DNA of 64,000 bases from an uncultured Methanoregulaceae archaeon (lineage in GTDB: Archaea; Halobacteriota; Methanomicrobia; Methanomicrobiales; Methanospirillaceae). The translations under genes were made by a program, and so were the position numbers. Location: NCBI GenBank assembly GCA_963841015.1, contig CAWJAX010000003.1, positions 842,043 through 906,042 on the forward strand, given 5' to 3'. Position 1 is the first letter of the stretch. The number at the start of each line of letters is the position of its first letter. The notes under the pieces were generated by a model. The model was not told the origin of the DNA. It saw only the letters and a list, made by a program, of their open reading frames with translations, and did no database searches. Shown here piece by piece: positions 62,717-64,000 of this stretch.

Positions 62717-62977
62717 TCAGTTAATGCTACATGGGATGTATCGTTCATGGACACACAATTTATTTCGATAGGTCAACCCTCTTTTCCTTAAAGCACCGAG
62801 TGCCCATTCCGCATCCTCGCTTCCTGCACGCTCAAGTGCCCCAAGAAATGTTAACGCTTCATGGCGAATTGCTCCATCTCGTGACGTTATTGCAAGTGAA
62901 TAGAGTTCATGTACTCGCTGATCTTTCCATTCCCTCATCTGTTCACTCACAATTTCCTCACTTCCGAAATAAAACAA
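62717..62977 (-). CDS. Short hypothetical helical protein
   Basis: Open frame ending 9 nt before the kamA-like start; HEAT-like IRHEAL..LG.L. Confidence 0.45.
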   Translation of the reverse strand: MFYFGSEEIVSEQMREWKDQRVHELYSLAITSRDGAIRHEALTFLGALERAGSEDAEWALGALRKRGLTYRNKLCVHERYIPCSIN

Positions 62978-63144
62978 TGAAGCGCAGATGGCTAACCTTG
63001 CAAGAGAAATTGGATTTTTATGAGTATACGAATAGAGTTAATAGTATGGAGCAGTAATAAATGTTATTACAAAAGATGCTCTTGTAGTTTAATCAAATCA
63101 GACAATGCAAAAAACTCGATAGAGTACATCGGAGAAATGCAACT

Positions 63145-63501
63145 ATGACATATAAACGGGAACTGACCTCTCCTATTTCTGTTCGTCTCCCACGAGAGAC
63201 GAAAACCAAACTGGAACAGATAGTCGAAGAAAAACACATGGAACTCTCACCCTTTATTGTGGCTATTGTTGAGGATTGGTTAAAAATGAGGAAGGAAATT
63301 GGAGAGAGTGCAATGAACTGGCATACGTATATCAATAATTCTGAGTATAAACAGGCAATGCAGGAGCTCATTAGAGATACATTTCTCGACTCAGTCATCA
63401 ATACCCCAAATTACCGGGATAATATCAAAGATGTGGTCAAAAGAGTTCTCTCCGAGGCTTCAGATGGAGGAGGGCTGTCTCAAACCAGCGAAAAAAAGTA
63501 A
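63145..63501 (+). CDS. Putative ribbon-helix-helix (CopG-like) DNA-binding protein
   Basis: PISVRLPRETKTKLEQIVEEKHMELSPFIVAIVEDWL matches the RHH pattern; GGAGA RBS. Confidence 0.7.
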   Translation: MTYKRELTSPISVRLPRETKTKLEQIVEEKHMELSPFIVAIVEDWLKMRKEIGESAMNWHTYINNSEYKQAMQELIRDTFLDSVINTPNYRDNIKDVVKRVLSEASDGGGLSQTSEKK

Positions 63502-63663
63502 GTGAGGCCTACTTTATGCCGTATCATATTTATGTGAACATTCAAATCCAGGACAACTTACAGTAATAATTTCAGATTCAACACGCTCCGGAAGCGGATT
63601 GTCAAGGGATTCTGCACATAAATCAGACGTTACTTTTGTGTAGTCGTCAAAGACATCAAAGAT

Positions 63664-63751
63664 GAGATACGTGTGAATGACGCGGAATGAGAATGTTTAT
63701 CTCACCGTCTCCATTGCCTCACGTTCCCTGGGTGCGAGCCCGACAAGGTTG
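63664..63751 (-). pseudogene. Decayed fragment of the 5' end of a kamA-like gene
   Basis: NLVGLAPREREAMETVR*TFSFR versus [23 protein letters not shown] at 62581-62668; shared GCGAGCCCGACAA. Confidence 0.75.
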
Positions 63752-64000
63752 AAATGGTACTCAGGTATTTCCGATTCATCGTACACATCAACTTATACGT
63801 TGTGCTCTGCCCGTCAGAGGGCAGGGTTTGAGTTATGCGGAAAAACTCTGATCCTAAACAAACGAAATTGATCGTATTGATTGCACTACTCAATGAAACG
63901 TACCAGGGAATTTATCTTTTAAACCCCTTGTGTTATTTTGACTTTCCATGGCAGAAAAGAGAAACAGGGTCAGAATATTGCCTTGACTGAAAAACTCCTG

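Overview
Chromosomal window from a methanogenic archaeon, most likely order Methanomicrobiales (Methanoregula-like); this is inferred from gene content and order. 1-14 kb is core genome: DGGGP reductase plus ferredoxin, EndoQ-like nuclease, the elp3-priS-GINS-rpl44e-rps27e-aIF2alpha-nop10-PAC2 cluster, egsA and proS. 14-32 kb is more accessory: two copies of a ~440-bp structured non-coding repeat, Mrp, YbhB plus a decayed paralog, a dGTPase-like protein, a wHTH-FHA / NosD-Ser/Thr kinase / Zn-finger microprotein module, tRNA-Gly(CCC), tRNA-Thr(CGT), a solo Cas4-like gene and a Na+/solute symporter. 32-49 kb holds thiE/thiM, a PAPS-reductase-family/cysteine-desulfurase fusion, and an ~11-kb eha-fwdDBAC operon whose linker Fe-S protein looks like an EhaP-FwdG fusion. 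49-64 kb holds a CNNM/hemolysin-family protein, a hydrolase, an SRPBCC protein and an osmoadaptation cluster (kup, mscS, ablB, ablA, and a second KamA-family radical SAM enzyme with altered substrate residues). Eleven single-base frameshifts split otherwise intact genes; eight lie at or near AGCT or GTAC, suggesting methylation-linked long-read errors rather than pseudogenes. All calls come from reading motifs by eye; no database searches were run.
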